DNA from: an uncultured Thiotrichaceae bacterium
GTDB taxonomy: Bacteria; Pseudomonadota; Gammaproteobacteria; SZUA-229
Direction of reading: 5' to 3'
Length of the DNA: 44,776 nt
NCBI GenBank assembly: GCA_964421315.1
Contig: CAYQXD010000003.1
Location: forward strand, 1 to 44,776
The position numbers were made by a program, and so were the translations under genes. Positions 1 through 7,607 of the stretch are shown in pieces. Within the stretch, counting starts at the first letter, position 1; every line of letters starts with the position of its first letter. The notes beneath the pieces are model-generated. The model was not told where the DNA came from and ran no database searches. It saw only the letters and a program-made list of their open reading frames with translations.

Positions 1-43
1 GAAAAAGGCGGGGATAGAAGGTCAAAAGCGTATAATGACTGTA

Positions 44-83
44 TCAATCGAGTCTGACTGCATTGGTTGTGACCCCATTGGTT
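44..83. repeat. Left copy of a direct repeat flanking the ParD/ParE-like cassette (tcaatcgagtctgac + 15-nt internal duplication + cccattggtt)
   Basis: tcaatcgagtctgac at 44-58 and cccattggtt at 74-83 match tcaatcgagtctgaccccattgatt at 621-645. The left copy carries an extra 15 nt, tgcattggttgtgac. Confidence 0.7.
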
Positions 84-143
84 GCCCTGCCCTTAATGGC
101 CAACAGGCGATTAGCCGCTAAACTCAGTACTGGAGGACGTATT

Positions 144-323
144 ATGCAACCTGTAAAACAAGAAGCTTTAAACACGATTGGTCAGCTACCCGAAGATGTC
201 GATATGGACGAGATTATGTACCGCCTGTATGTGATCGATAAAATCCGTAAAGGTCAGCAAGCTGCTGAGGACGGTCAGACGATCTCGCACGAAGAATTAA
301 AGAAAGAGATTGATCAATGGTAG
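144..323 (+). CDS. Small antitoxin-like protein (partner of a ParE/RelE-family toxin)
   Basis: The ORF-track ORF 63-323 is trimmed to ATG144, which has a GGAGG 6 nt upstream. The 59-aa acidic protein (MQPVKQEALNTIGQLPEDVDMDEIMYRLYVIDKIRKG...) overlaps the downstream toxin ORF by 7 nt, the usual type II TA layout. Confidence 0.55.
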   Translation: MQPVKQEALNTIGQLPEDVDMDEIMYRLYVIDKIRKGQQAAEDGQTISHEELKKEIDQW

Positions 324-615
324 TTTGGACGCTGCCAGCTAAAAACGATCTGAGACAGATTTATAATTCCATCGCTTACGACTCAAAAATTTACGCGAAA
401 CGGGTTACCCAAAATATAGCGGCTAAACCAGATGTACTTGATGGCTTGCCGCGCATTGGTAAAGTAGTTGATGAACTCAAAGATGATAACATCAGAGAGC
501 TACCATTTACACCTACCGCATTATTTATGAAGTTAAAACAGACGATGTTCTTATTTTATCCGTGGTACATAAACGACAGGATTTGCAACCAGAGGATATT
601 GAAAGCAGAATGTAA
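317..615 (+). pseudogene. ParE/RelE-family toxin, disrupted by a frameshift near 505-515
   Basis: The N-terminal part (WTLPAKNDLRQIYNSIAYDS...IRELPFT) reads in the frame of 317. From 514 the adjacent frame reads YRIIYEVKTDDVLILSVVHKRQDLQPEDIESRM-stop (stop at 613-615), the canonical ParE/RelE C-terminus. The ORF-track frame instead continues as unrelated sequence to 634. Confidence 0.65.
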
Positions 616-620
616 TTTTT

Positions 621-645
621 TCAATCGAGTCTGACCCCATTGATT
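621..645. repeat. Right copy of the direct repeat flanking the ParD/ParE-like cassette
   Basis: tcaatcgagtctgaccccattgatt starts 6 nt after the reconstructed ParE stop. It matches 44-58 plus 74-83 with one mismatch. Confidence 0.7.
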
Positions 646-700
646 CTACCCCATCACACTTATGTTAAAATAAGGTTCTGATTTAATTAAAGTTTAAAAA

Positions 701-1141
701 GTGGTTATGAGAGTGTATCTTGATAATTGTATGTTTAATCGACCTTTTGACAATCAAGCTCAAATACGTATTAGGCTTGAATCAGAAGCTAAACTATATG
801 TTCAAGATAAGATCAAAAGTAAAGTTATCGAGCTGGTTTGGTCATATATTTTAGAAATTGAAAACTTACAAAACCCACACGATGAAAGAAAAATAGCAAT
901 TCAAAAATGGAAAGCCCTTTCAACTATTAAAATTATAGAAAATTCCGAGGTTTTAGCTCATGCAAACCAGTTGTTAAAATTTGGTATAAAACCTAAAGAT
1001 GCATTACATGTTGCATCAGCAGTAGAAGGTAAAGCCGATTACTTTTTAACAACCGATGATAAATTACTTTCTGGCATCAAGAAAAGTAATATGATCGAAA
1101 TATTAAACCCTGTTGACTACATCAAGGTATTAGAGAAATGA
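701..1141 (+). CDS. PIN-domain protein (putative type II toxin)
   Basis: 146 aa. N-terminal VYLDNCMFNRPFDNQ and C-terminal DALHVASAVEGKADYFLTTDDKL resemble the acidic-residue motifs of PIN nucleases. An alternative ATG lies at 707. There is a 4-nt ATGA overlap with the next ORF. Confidence 0.55.
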   Translation: MVMRVYLDNCMFNRPFDNQAQIRIRLESEAKLYVQDKIKSKVIELVWSYILEIENLQNPHDERKIAIQKWKALSTIKIIENSEVLAHANQLLKFGIKPKDALHVASAVEGKADYFLTTDDKLLSGIKKSNMIEILNPVDYIKVLEK

Positions 1142-1338
1142 TAGCAATTACAGATAACGAAATAAAATTACAAGGCATTGAAGCACTTATTTCTTCTTTA
1201 GGAGAAGTTCAGGCAGAACGTTTTATTAGCTTAATTCTTAGAGAACCTTTTGACTATACAGAATGGCAAAAAAAGTTATGGACGGATAAAAGTATTGAAG
1301 AAATTAGTAGTATGGCAATGGATAATTATAGCGATTAA
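1138..1338 (+). CDS. Small protein translationally coupled to the PIN gene (putative cognate antitoxin/partner)
   Basis: 66 aa with an ATGA overlap to the PIN ORF stop. No motif was recognised, so the assignment rests on position only. Confidence 0.4.
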   Translation: MIAITDNEIKLQGIEALISSLGEVQAERFISLILREPFDYTEWQKKLWTDKSIEEISSMAMDNYSD

Positions 1339-1555
1339 AAGCATAATAATTGTTTGCACATGGACTGCCATAAGTCGCAGTTTTTTTGCGAACAGAAAAA
1401 AATGATGCTTATGGCTGCCGGTGAAGCAGACGTTATAATCCTCTACTAATTTTTTTTCCTACGATGTACGGGAAAAATGGAAGTTGTTTTTAAATGTGTT
1501 TCAGTGTCATCATAAAGATTATCAGAAAAATTTCTTACTGACTGTTCATGAGACT

Positions 1556-2473
1556 TTAGTCTCGCCCATGAATCACAGTCTCAATACGCGGAACCACCTG
1601 CTTCTTCCTTGACATGCAGCCTGGCAGGTGAACAACATCGTTTCTGGTCGCGCCGAATGCCTGCTCGAACAGATCAATGCGATCGCCAACCACCAACAGG
1701 TCACTCGCTTCTGCCTCCACGTCGGTAATCATCAGAATCATTTGTGTCAGCCCCAGCTTCTCTCGCACGGCGTGCATTTCTCGCAGGATGTCCTGCATGC
1801 GGTCGGCAAATACCTCGGGGTGTTGCACCTCCACCTGTGCGATACCAACATGAAAATCATCGAAGCTAAATTCTTTTAAATCATCATTAACGATTCTGTT
1901 TGCGCTCTTAGCTTCGCTGGCAGCCGTCTTGATGTTGCGCAACTGCTGACCGAAGGTTTGCAAATCAATCTGCGCAAGGGGCTGTAAACGTGCAGCCACG
2001 CTATGATCCTTCTCATTCGTCGTCGGCGAGCGGAACAACACGGTATCTGAAAGAATGGCGGCAATCATAATGCCTGCCATTGCCCGCGATGGTTCTATAC
2101 CACGAGCGAAATACTGTTCTGCGATGAGGGTCGCTGTCGCGCCGACCGGCTCGCTGTGAAATAGAATGGCGTTTGGCGGACGCAAATCGCCGATACGGTG
2201 ATGCTCCCAAATTTCCAGGATACTTGCCTGTTTAATATTCGCCAATGCCTGCCCCATCTCATTATGATCGACGAGGATAAGATCAAGCCCGCTGGCATCA
2301 CTAAGCAGAACGGGCACGGGTAGAGAAAAATACTTTAGTACGAATGCCGTTTCTGCATCAATATCACCAGCACGCGCTGCTTGTACCATCGGCTGTCCCA
2401 GACAATTCTTTAGATGCGCGTAAGCGATTGCCGAGCAGATGCTGTCGGTATCGGGGCTGCGATGACCGATCAC
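1556..2473 (-). CDS. ppaC: Family II (Mn-dependent, DHH-DHHA2) inorganic pyrophosphatase
   Basis: IGHRSPDTDSICSAIAYAHL (DHH motif I), LVDHNE, and a DHHA2-like C-terminal half. The start is uncertain (see the finding at 2471-2506). Confidence 0.85.
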   Translation of the reverse strand: MIGHRSPDTDSICSAIAYAHLKNCLGQPMVQAARAGDIDAETAFVLKYFSLPVPVLLSDASGLDLILVDHNEMGQALANIKQASILEIWEHHRIGDLRPPNAILFHSEPVGATATLIAEQYFARGIEPSRAMAGIMIAAILSDTVLFRSPTTNEKDHSVAARLQPLAQIDLQTFGQQLRNIKTAASEAKSANRIVNDDLKEFSFDDFHVGIAQVEVQHPEVFADRMQDILREMHAVREKLGLTQMILMITDVEAEASDLLVVGDRIDLFEQAFGATRNDVVHLPGCMSRKKQVVPRIETVIHGRD

Positions 2474-2501
2474 GTAGATGGTTTTTTTATGTACTCCTCA
2501 T

Positions 2502-2951
2502 TCATTGTTGCGATACGCTTTGACGCAGACTCTGCATAAAAACAACCAGTACATTGATATCTTCATCCGAGAGTTCTTTATATATCTGTTTTATCTTAAA
2601 AGCACGCTTTGGCAGCACACTTTGCAGTGCATCCGCACCGGTTATCCAGTAACGTATTTGTTCGGCACTATATCTTGCACCAACACCATCCAGTGGATTA
2701 CGAGGATTGCCTTTGCCGGCAATGGAGTGACAACGTACACAGCTCTGTTGCTGGTAAATCTGCTGTCCGGCGGCAACGCTCTGTGGACTAAGAATAGCAG
2801 GCTGCAACTGCTCGGTGATTGCTGCCTGTTCTCTATTTTCTGTGTCATCAGAGTCTTCAACCGGGTTCTGCAAAACAGCAAAAACGACCGCCATCAACAG
2901 CACCAGTAGAGCGGTGAGTAGTGCAATTCGTCTGACCCATTGTTCACGCAT
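2502..2951 (-). CDS. Membrane-anchored mono-heme c-type cytochrome
   Basis: A single CXXCH (SCVRCH) follows an N-terminal hydrophobic anchor (RRIALLTALLVLLMAVVFAVL). The start is trimmed from 3035 to the ATG at 2951, just after the upstream gene stop at 2956. Confidence 0.7.
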   Translation of the reverse strand: MREQWVRRIALLTALLVLLMAVVFAVLQNPVEDSDDTENREQAAITEQLQPAILSPQSVAAGQQIYQQQSCVRCHSIAGKGNPRNPLDGVGARYSAEQIRYWITGADALQSVLPKRAFKIKQIYKELSDEDINVLVVFMQSLRQSVSQQ

Positions 2952-2955
2952 GACG

Positions 2956-4273
2956 CTAAACCATATCAAACAGTTCGAAGTGGATGTGACCCTGCTGCAC
3001 TCGCAGGGCATGAAGTCCCTGTTGCACGGCATCACTCATGGGTTTAGGACCACACAGGAAATACTCATACTCTCTTGTTTCATCCGGTAGAACTTTTTTC
3101 AACAACTGCGGGGTGATAAAACCCGACTCACCTTGCCAGCCGCCTGGTGGTTGTTTTAATACATGTATCAACTGCAGGTTCAGGCGTTGCTTCAGCGACT
3201 CCAGCTCTTCTCTGAAAATCACATCATCCCAGCAGTCGCTGCCATAAAGAAACCACAGTGGGCGATGTTCATGTCGATCCGCCAGAGTATGCAACATGCT
3301 TATAATAGGTGCAGCACCTATACCACCGGCGATGAACACAAAACCCGGCGCGTGCAGGTGCCGGTCTACACTGAAAACGCCGTGAGGACCATCCAGGTAG
3401 GCGATTTCACCAGGCTGAGTATTCTTAATGGTGCGGGTGAAGTCTCCCAGTTCCTTGATGGTAAACGTCAGTTGATCCTGGCGTGCGGCACTGGAAGAAA
3501 AGGAGAAAGGGTGCTCCTTGATGCGCCAGGGGGATTCGCGCAAGGTCAGCCAGGCAAACTGACCGGGTTTAAAGCATGCCTTCATGACCATCCGGCTCCA
3601 GTGCCAGGGTCCAGCTGTTGCCACGCTCCTGCCTGACCTCACTCACTCGATAAGGTCTACCGGACATATGCCAGGGTTTGATCAGTCGCAGGTAGACAAT
3701 CAGCAACAGCCAGAACAGCGTGTATCCTGTCCACAACCAACGTTTGGCGGGCGCATCAATGTAATAACCCACGCCTTCAATATGCCCCAGCGCCAGCAGG
3801 AAGGCTGTCACTGCCAAACCAATATGCAGCATGCGCCATTCATCATAATGAATACGCAGTTTTTTACGCCACAGTGAAGTGAAAATAAGCAGCGCGAATA
3901 GCAGTAGCGCGATACGACCGGCAGTCATGTACCACGGCGCCTGTAAGGGATTGATGTCCCCCAGTGCATCGGCATTGTCGATACGTATGATAGCAAAATG
4001 CAAAAAAATGAAAGTGAACGCCATCACCGCCAGATAACGGTGAAAATAGTAAATGATGTCAACACCAAAAGGTGCACTGGCACGGCGAAAACGGGCAGTG
4101 ATAAAAAACTGTACACCTACCATGGCCATGCCGGCAAAACCCAGCGCCATGGAGAAGTCCCACCAGAAACCGGAACCGGGAGGCACTTCACCCATCTGCA
4201 ATATTGCCAGCGGTGCCAGTACCAGTATCAGGTAGACGCTAATCCAGAAAAAAGTCGATAACAGTATTTTCAT
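2956..4273 (-). pseudogene. Ferric-reductase-like transmembrane domain + FAD/NAD(P)-binding (FNR-like) oxidoreductase, split by a 1-nt frameshift near 3570-3580
   Basis: ORF 3569-4273 encodes a multi-helix His-containing membrane domain and the start of the FAD barrel (RPYRVSEVRQERGNSWTLALEPDGHEGM). ORF 2956-3642 continues from FKPGQFAWLTL with HPFSFSS and FIAGGIGAAPIISML motifs. The two frames overlap at ggcatgctttaaaccc. Confidence 0.7.
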
Positions 4274-4390
4274 GCGTTAACCCGAAAATTTCATAACAGT
4301 GAATATTGTGTCCATGTCATTAAGTTAACAATGCTTAAACTGCCTTGTCATCTCCAGCCTTTGGTTCATTAACGGTACGTCCCTGTACCA

Positions 4391-4457
4391 CTACTCGACC
4401 GTAGGGAGGAATCTTATTGTATGAGAATCAAGATCTCTCACATTCGTTCGAGATGAC
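4391..4457. repeat. Degenerate copy (A) of the ~69-bp TCTCGACC...GGGAGAGATCT palindromic element
   Basis: ctactcgaccgtagggaggaatct / loop / agatctctcacattcgttcgagatgac. The outer and inner arm segments match copy B at 25501-25569. The middle of the right arm has diverged. Confidence 0.6.
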
Positions 4458-4460
4458 AGT

Positions 4461-4490
4461 AAAAAATGCTATTTTCATCTTAAGAGCATT
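4461..4490 (-). terminator. Weak intrinsic-terminator-like hairpin downstream of the aldolase gene
   Basis: Minus-sense AATGCT-14 nt-AGCATT followed by a T-run. The stem is only 6 bp. Confidence 0.3.
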
Positions 4491-4544
4491 GGCATAGACC
4501 CTGAATATTTTTCAGTAACAAGCCTTGCTTGTAGGTTTCAGGAG

Positions 4545-5552
4545 TTATTCACCCTCATATGCCCCCTTTCTTGCCAGACTATTTAATCTAGCGCGAGTCA
4601 ACAGAGCCTGTTGCGTTTTTACATCATTTTCTGCTTTGCCCTGCCAGGCAAACAGGGCGGGTTGTTGTAAGGCGCGTCCATAGGAAATACTGAGCTGCCA
4701 TGGCGCATTCTCGCCCAGCCGGTTGATGGCATTGAGGTTGCGCGTGGCTTCTTCCGGGCCTTGTCCACCAGAGAGAAAGTTAATACTGGGCACGGCTGCA
4801 GGTACCGTTCGGCGGAGAATTTTGAGTGTTTCGCTGGCCACTTCTTCCGGGGCTGCGGTGCGTAAGTCACTACCGGGTACAATCATATTGGGCTTGAGTA
4901 TCATGTGTTCCAGGCTAACATGATGCTGGTGCAAGGCATGAAAAACGGAGTGCAACACATTTTCGGTGACTTCTGCACAACGACTTATATCGTGACGACC
5001 ATCCATCAATACTTCCGGCTCAACAATAGGAACAATGCCTGCAGCCTGACAGACGGCGGCATAACGTGCCAGCATTTCTGCATTGGCATGAAGCCCTAAA
5101 GCGGTAGGATTTGTATCGCTGATAGCATACACCTCACGCCATTTTGCAAAGCGTGCACCTTGTGCCTTGTATGTTTCAAGTCTTTCTGCCAGACCATCCA
5201 GACCGTAGGTAATGGAATCACCCGGTGCACCGGGTAACGACCCTTTGCCTTTATCAACTTTGATACCCGGAACAATGCCCTGTTGCCAGGCCAATTCTGC
5301 TAACGGCATGCCATCACTGGATTTTTGAGCCAATGTTTCTTCAAACAGTATGACACCTGATATGTATTGCCCAAGATCAGCTGTACTCAATAATAGACTT
5401 CTATAAAATCGACGATTTTCCTCTGTGGACTCGACATTGATCGCTGCAAGACGCTTTGCAATAGTTGGCGAGCTTTCATCCATTGCCAGAATACCGCGTG
5501 TTTTATCAACCATATCATTAATAGTTTGTTGTAGTTCAGTTGTCGTACTCAT
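4545..5552 (-). CDS. fba: Class I fructose-bisphosphate aldolase
   Basis: 335 aa. GILAMDESSPTIAKRL, RFYRSLLLST, FEETL, GIKVDKG and LKPNMI are typical of class I (Schiff-base) aldolases. Confidence 0.9.
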   Translation of the reverse strand: MSTTTELQQTINDMVDKTRGILAMDESSPTIAKRLAAINVESTEENRRFYRSLLLSTADLGQYISGVILFEETLAQKSSDGMPLAELAWQQGIVPGIKVDKGKGSLPGAPGDSITYGLDGLAERLETYKAQGARFAKWREVYAISDTNPTALGLHANAEMLARYAAVCQAAGIVPIVEPEVLMDGRHDISRCAEVTENVLHSVFHALHQHHVSLEHMILKPNMIVPGSDLRTAAPEEVASETLKILRRTVPAAVPSINFLSGGQGPEEATRNLNAINRLGENAPWQLSISYGRALQQPALFAWQGKAENDVKTQQALLTRARLNSLARKGAYEGE

Positions 5553-5572
5553 AGCTAAACACCCCTTTATAA

Positions 5573-5592
5573 TTAGTTAGTTAGTTAGTTAG
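5573..5592. repeat. Tetranucleotide microsatellite (TTAG)5, which is (CTAA)5 in the sense of fba
   Basis: Five perfect tandem units, read directly. They lie 21-40 nt upstream of the fba ATG. Confidence 0.9.
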
Positions 5593-5666
5593 TAACTTCT
5601 CAACAACTGCACGGCGTTATTGAGAAGTCACTTTATTGTTCGTTAATTAGTACCATCTTGAGTAAC

Positions 5667-6770
5667 TTACGCTTTCCAATGAGCCTGGCTGTGTTCTTCA
5701 CGCATAGCCTTCTCAATTGAGATCAACTCCATAATATTGTCCATATTTATAATACCAACCAGCCGACCGGTTTCGGTTACAGAGAGCAATCGACACTTAC
5801 AGCGTTGCAAACGCTGCAATACTTTTTCCAGTGGCTCATCAATGTCAGCACTTTCAATGCCACGTTCCATGCAGTCCTGTACACGAGTTTGTTCACCATG
5901 TTCCTGTAATCCCTGTAGCAGATTATCCTGCGTGAGGACACCAACTATATCCGTTTCATTCATTACCGGGAAGTCTTTCTGACTGCTGCCTAGCGTCAGT
6001 TTAATGGCACGGCTCAAATAATCATCAGGTGATAGTATCTCAAAATCAGTCAACATCGCGCGACCTGCTGTCATGCCTTTCAAGGTCGATTTAACCTCTT
6101 CCGTTGCCGCTTCACCAGCCGCACCGATCCACACGAACAAAGCAATAAAGATGAGAAAGGGATTATATAATAAACCCAGAAAACCCAGCCATAAAGCCAG
6201 ACCCTGCCCTACTTTGGCGGCAACCTGTGTGGCTTTATTATGGTTCATACGCATCGCCAGCACAGCTCGCAACACACGACCGCCATCCATGGGGAAGGCC
6301 GGGATCAGATTAAACACGGCAAGCATAATATTAATCAGCATCAGGCGCTCTGCAAAGGGCCCATCAATAAGGCTAAGCTGATCAATTGGCACCATTGTAT
6401 TGCTAACAACAAGCCATAACCACAAACCAAATGCAATCACGACATTAACTGCCGGTCCCGCTAACGCCACAGCTATTTCCTGTTTAGGGTCATCGGGCAT
6501 GCTCTCCATACTGGCAACACCACCGATAGGTAACAGTGTAATGCGCAGGGTACGGATGCCATAACGCCGTGCCGTCAGCGCATGCCCATACTCATGCAGT
6601 ACCACGCAGACAAATAATGCCAGAATAAAACCAATGCCACTTAAAACAGTGGTCAGATTTCCTTCCACTAACCAAAAGCTCAAACCAATCCATGCGATGA
6701 GTATAAAAAAAGTAGCATGGACGTAGACATCTATACCGGCAAGCCGAACCAGTTTCAGGGACCATTTCAT
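5667..6770 (-). CDS. Site-2 protease family (M50) zinc metalloprotease with a C-terminal CBS pair
   Basis: HEYGH zinc motif, NLIPAFPMDGGRVLR motif, multiple TM segments, and a CBS-like C-terminal region. Confidence 0.85.
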   Translation of the reverse strand: MKWSLKLVRLAGIDVYVHATFFILIAWIGLSFWLVEGNLTTVLSGIGFILALFVCVVLHEYGHALTARRYGIRTLRITLLPIGGVASMESMPDDPKQEIAVALAGPAVNVVIAFGLWLWLVVSNTMVPIDQLSLIDGPFAERLMLINIMLAVFNLIPAFPMDGGRVLRAVLAMRMNHNKATQVAAKVGQGLALWLGFLGLLYNPFLIFIALFVWIGAAGEAATEEVKSTLKGMTAGRAMLTDFEILSPDDYLSRAIKLTLGSSQKDFPVMNETDIVGVLTQDNLLQGLQEHGEQTRVQDCMERGIESADIDEPLEKVLQRLQRCKCRLLSVTETGRLVGIINMDNIMELISIEKAMREEHSQAHWKA

Positions 6771-6773
6771 GTT

Positions 6774-7304
6774 TTACTGCCTCGCCACTTCTCGACGCAG
6801 ACGCAACTTCTGCTCTGGCGTAACCCGCGCAAAGACAGCAGTACTGGTGGCAGCTATAATCAATTCAGCATCAGACATGACTTCCAGTTCTCTACCCTGC
6901 AATACCTGCGGCAGAGTACCGTCATTTGAGTCTTGACTAAGGTCATCATCGAGACCAATCTGACTGGCAATAGCGGCAGCGGTAATAGCGTGATCGCCGG
7001 TAATCATTTTGACTCTAATACCCGCGGTCTGGCAGGCACGAACTGCCTGTATCGCTTCTTCACGAGGAGGATCGATCATTGCCTGCGGTCCATTTGCCCA
7101 GTTAAAATATTTGGAGCCATTATTAGTGGTCAGGGTATAACTGCCCGGCTGCTGCTGATCATTAATGCCCTGCGGCAATTGTTCAACCGAGGTGATTTCA
7201 TCATAAATAATGCTTTCATGACGAACTTGCGGAGCAATACAGGTATAACCTTTAGCCTGTAAATTATCCAGCAAATGTTGTAACTGATCTGTTTGAAAAA
7301 ACAC
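6774..7304 (-). pseudogene. Chimeric relic ORF: N-terminal ~75 aa of an AsrA/HydB-like Fe-S oxidoreductase fused in-frame to an internal P-domain fragment of a second P-type ATPase
   Basis: Residues 76-170 ([38 protein letters not shown]...VFARVTPEQKLRL) parallel residues of the intact ATPase at 9996-12752 ([38 protein letters not shown]...). The fragment lacks the DKTGT and GDGVNDAPAL motifs. The N-terminal part (GYTCIAPQVRHESIIYDEITSVEQLPQG) is unrelated. Confidence 0.7.
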
Positions 7305-7437
7305 TATAGCCGTTCTCCGTCAGTATCAATGCCAGCAAGTTAAACATAAAATGAAGCTATGCCATATTGAGGTATGTCATACTGAGCGGGTCAATTTCAG
7401 TAATTTAATCTAGTCCGCAAAACACGCAAAAAAATAT

Positions 7438-7473
7438 AACATATTGGTGACACAAAACATATTGGTGACACAA
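7438..7473. repeat. Perfect 18-bp tandem direct repeat x2 (aacatattggtgacacaa)
   Basis: Read directly at 7438-7455 and 7456-7473. The core gtgaca recurs inverted (tgtcac) at 7548-7553 inside the predicted -35. Confidence 0.85.
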
Positions 7474-7546
7474 TACTTAATTTCTTTTTATAAAAGGGTA
7501 GCGCCCCCTTTCTTCGAATAATGATGCTAGTACAGGAATTTTAATC

Positions 7547-7575
7547 TTGTCACATCAACATTAAAGCACTATAGT
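7547..7575 (+). promoter_or_regulatory. Sigma70-like promoter (TTGTCA - 17 nt - TATAGT) upstream of the XRE-like ORF
   Basis: -35 ttgtca at 7547-7552, a 17-nt spacer, and -10 tatagt at 7570-7575. It lies about 33 nt upstream of ATG 7608. Confidence 0.4.
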
Positions 7576-7607
7576 ATCCCGTACAGGAAGCAACTAAAAA
7601 CTGCATA

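Noticed and set aside
1363-1436. attC-like recombination sites 3' of the two PIN-toxin modules, at 1363-1436 and 35938-36012. Both have ATAAGTC near one end and ACGTTA 60-62 nt later, the latter resembling a GTTRRRY core.
   Set aside because: The shared sequence is only about 13 nt. The putative R''/R' and L''/L' boxes are not properly complementary. The two sites are 34 kb apart rather than in a cassette array. No integron integrase is present. It is left as a weak coincidence that a genome-wide attC HMM scan could settle.
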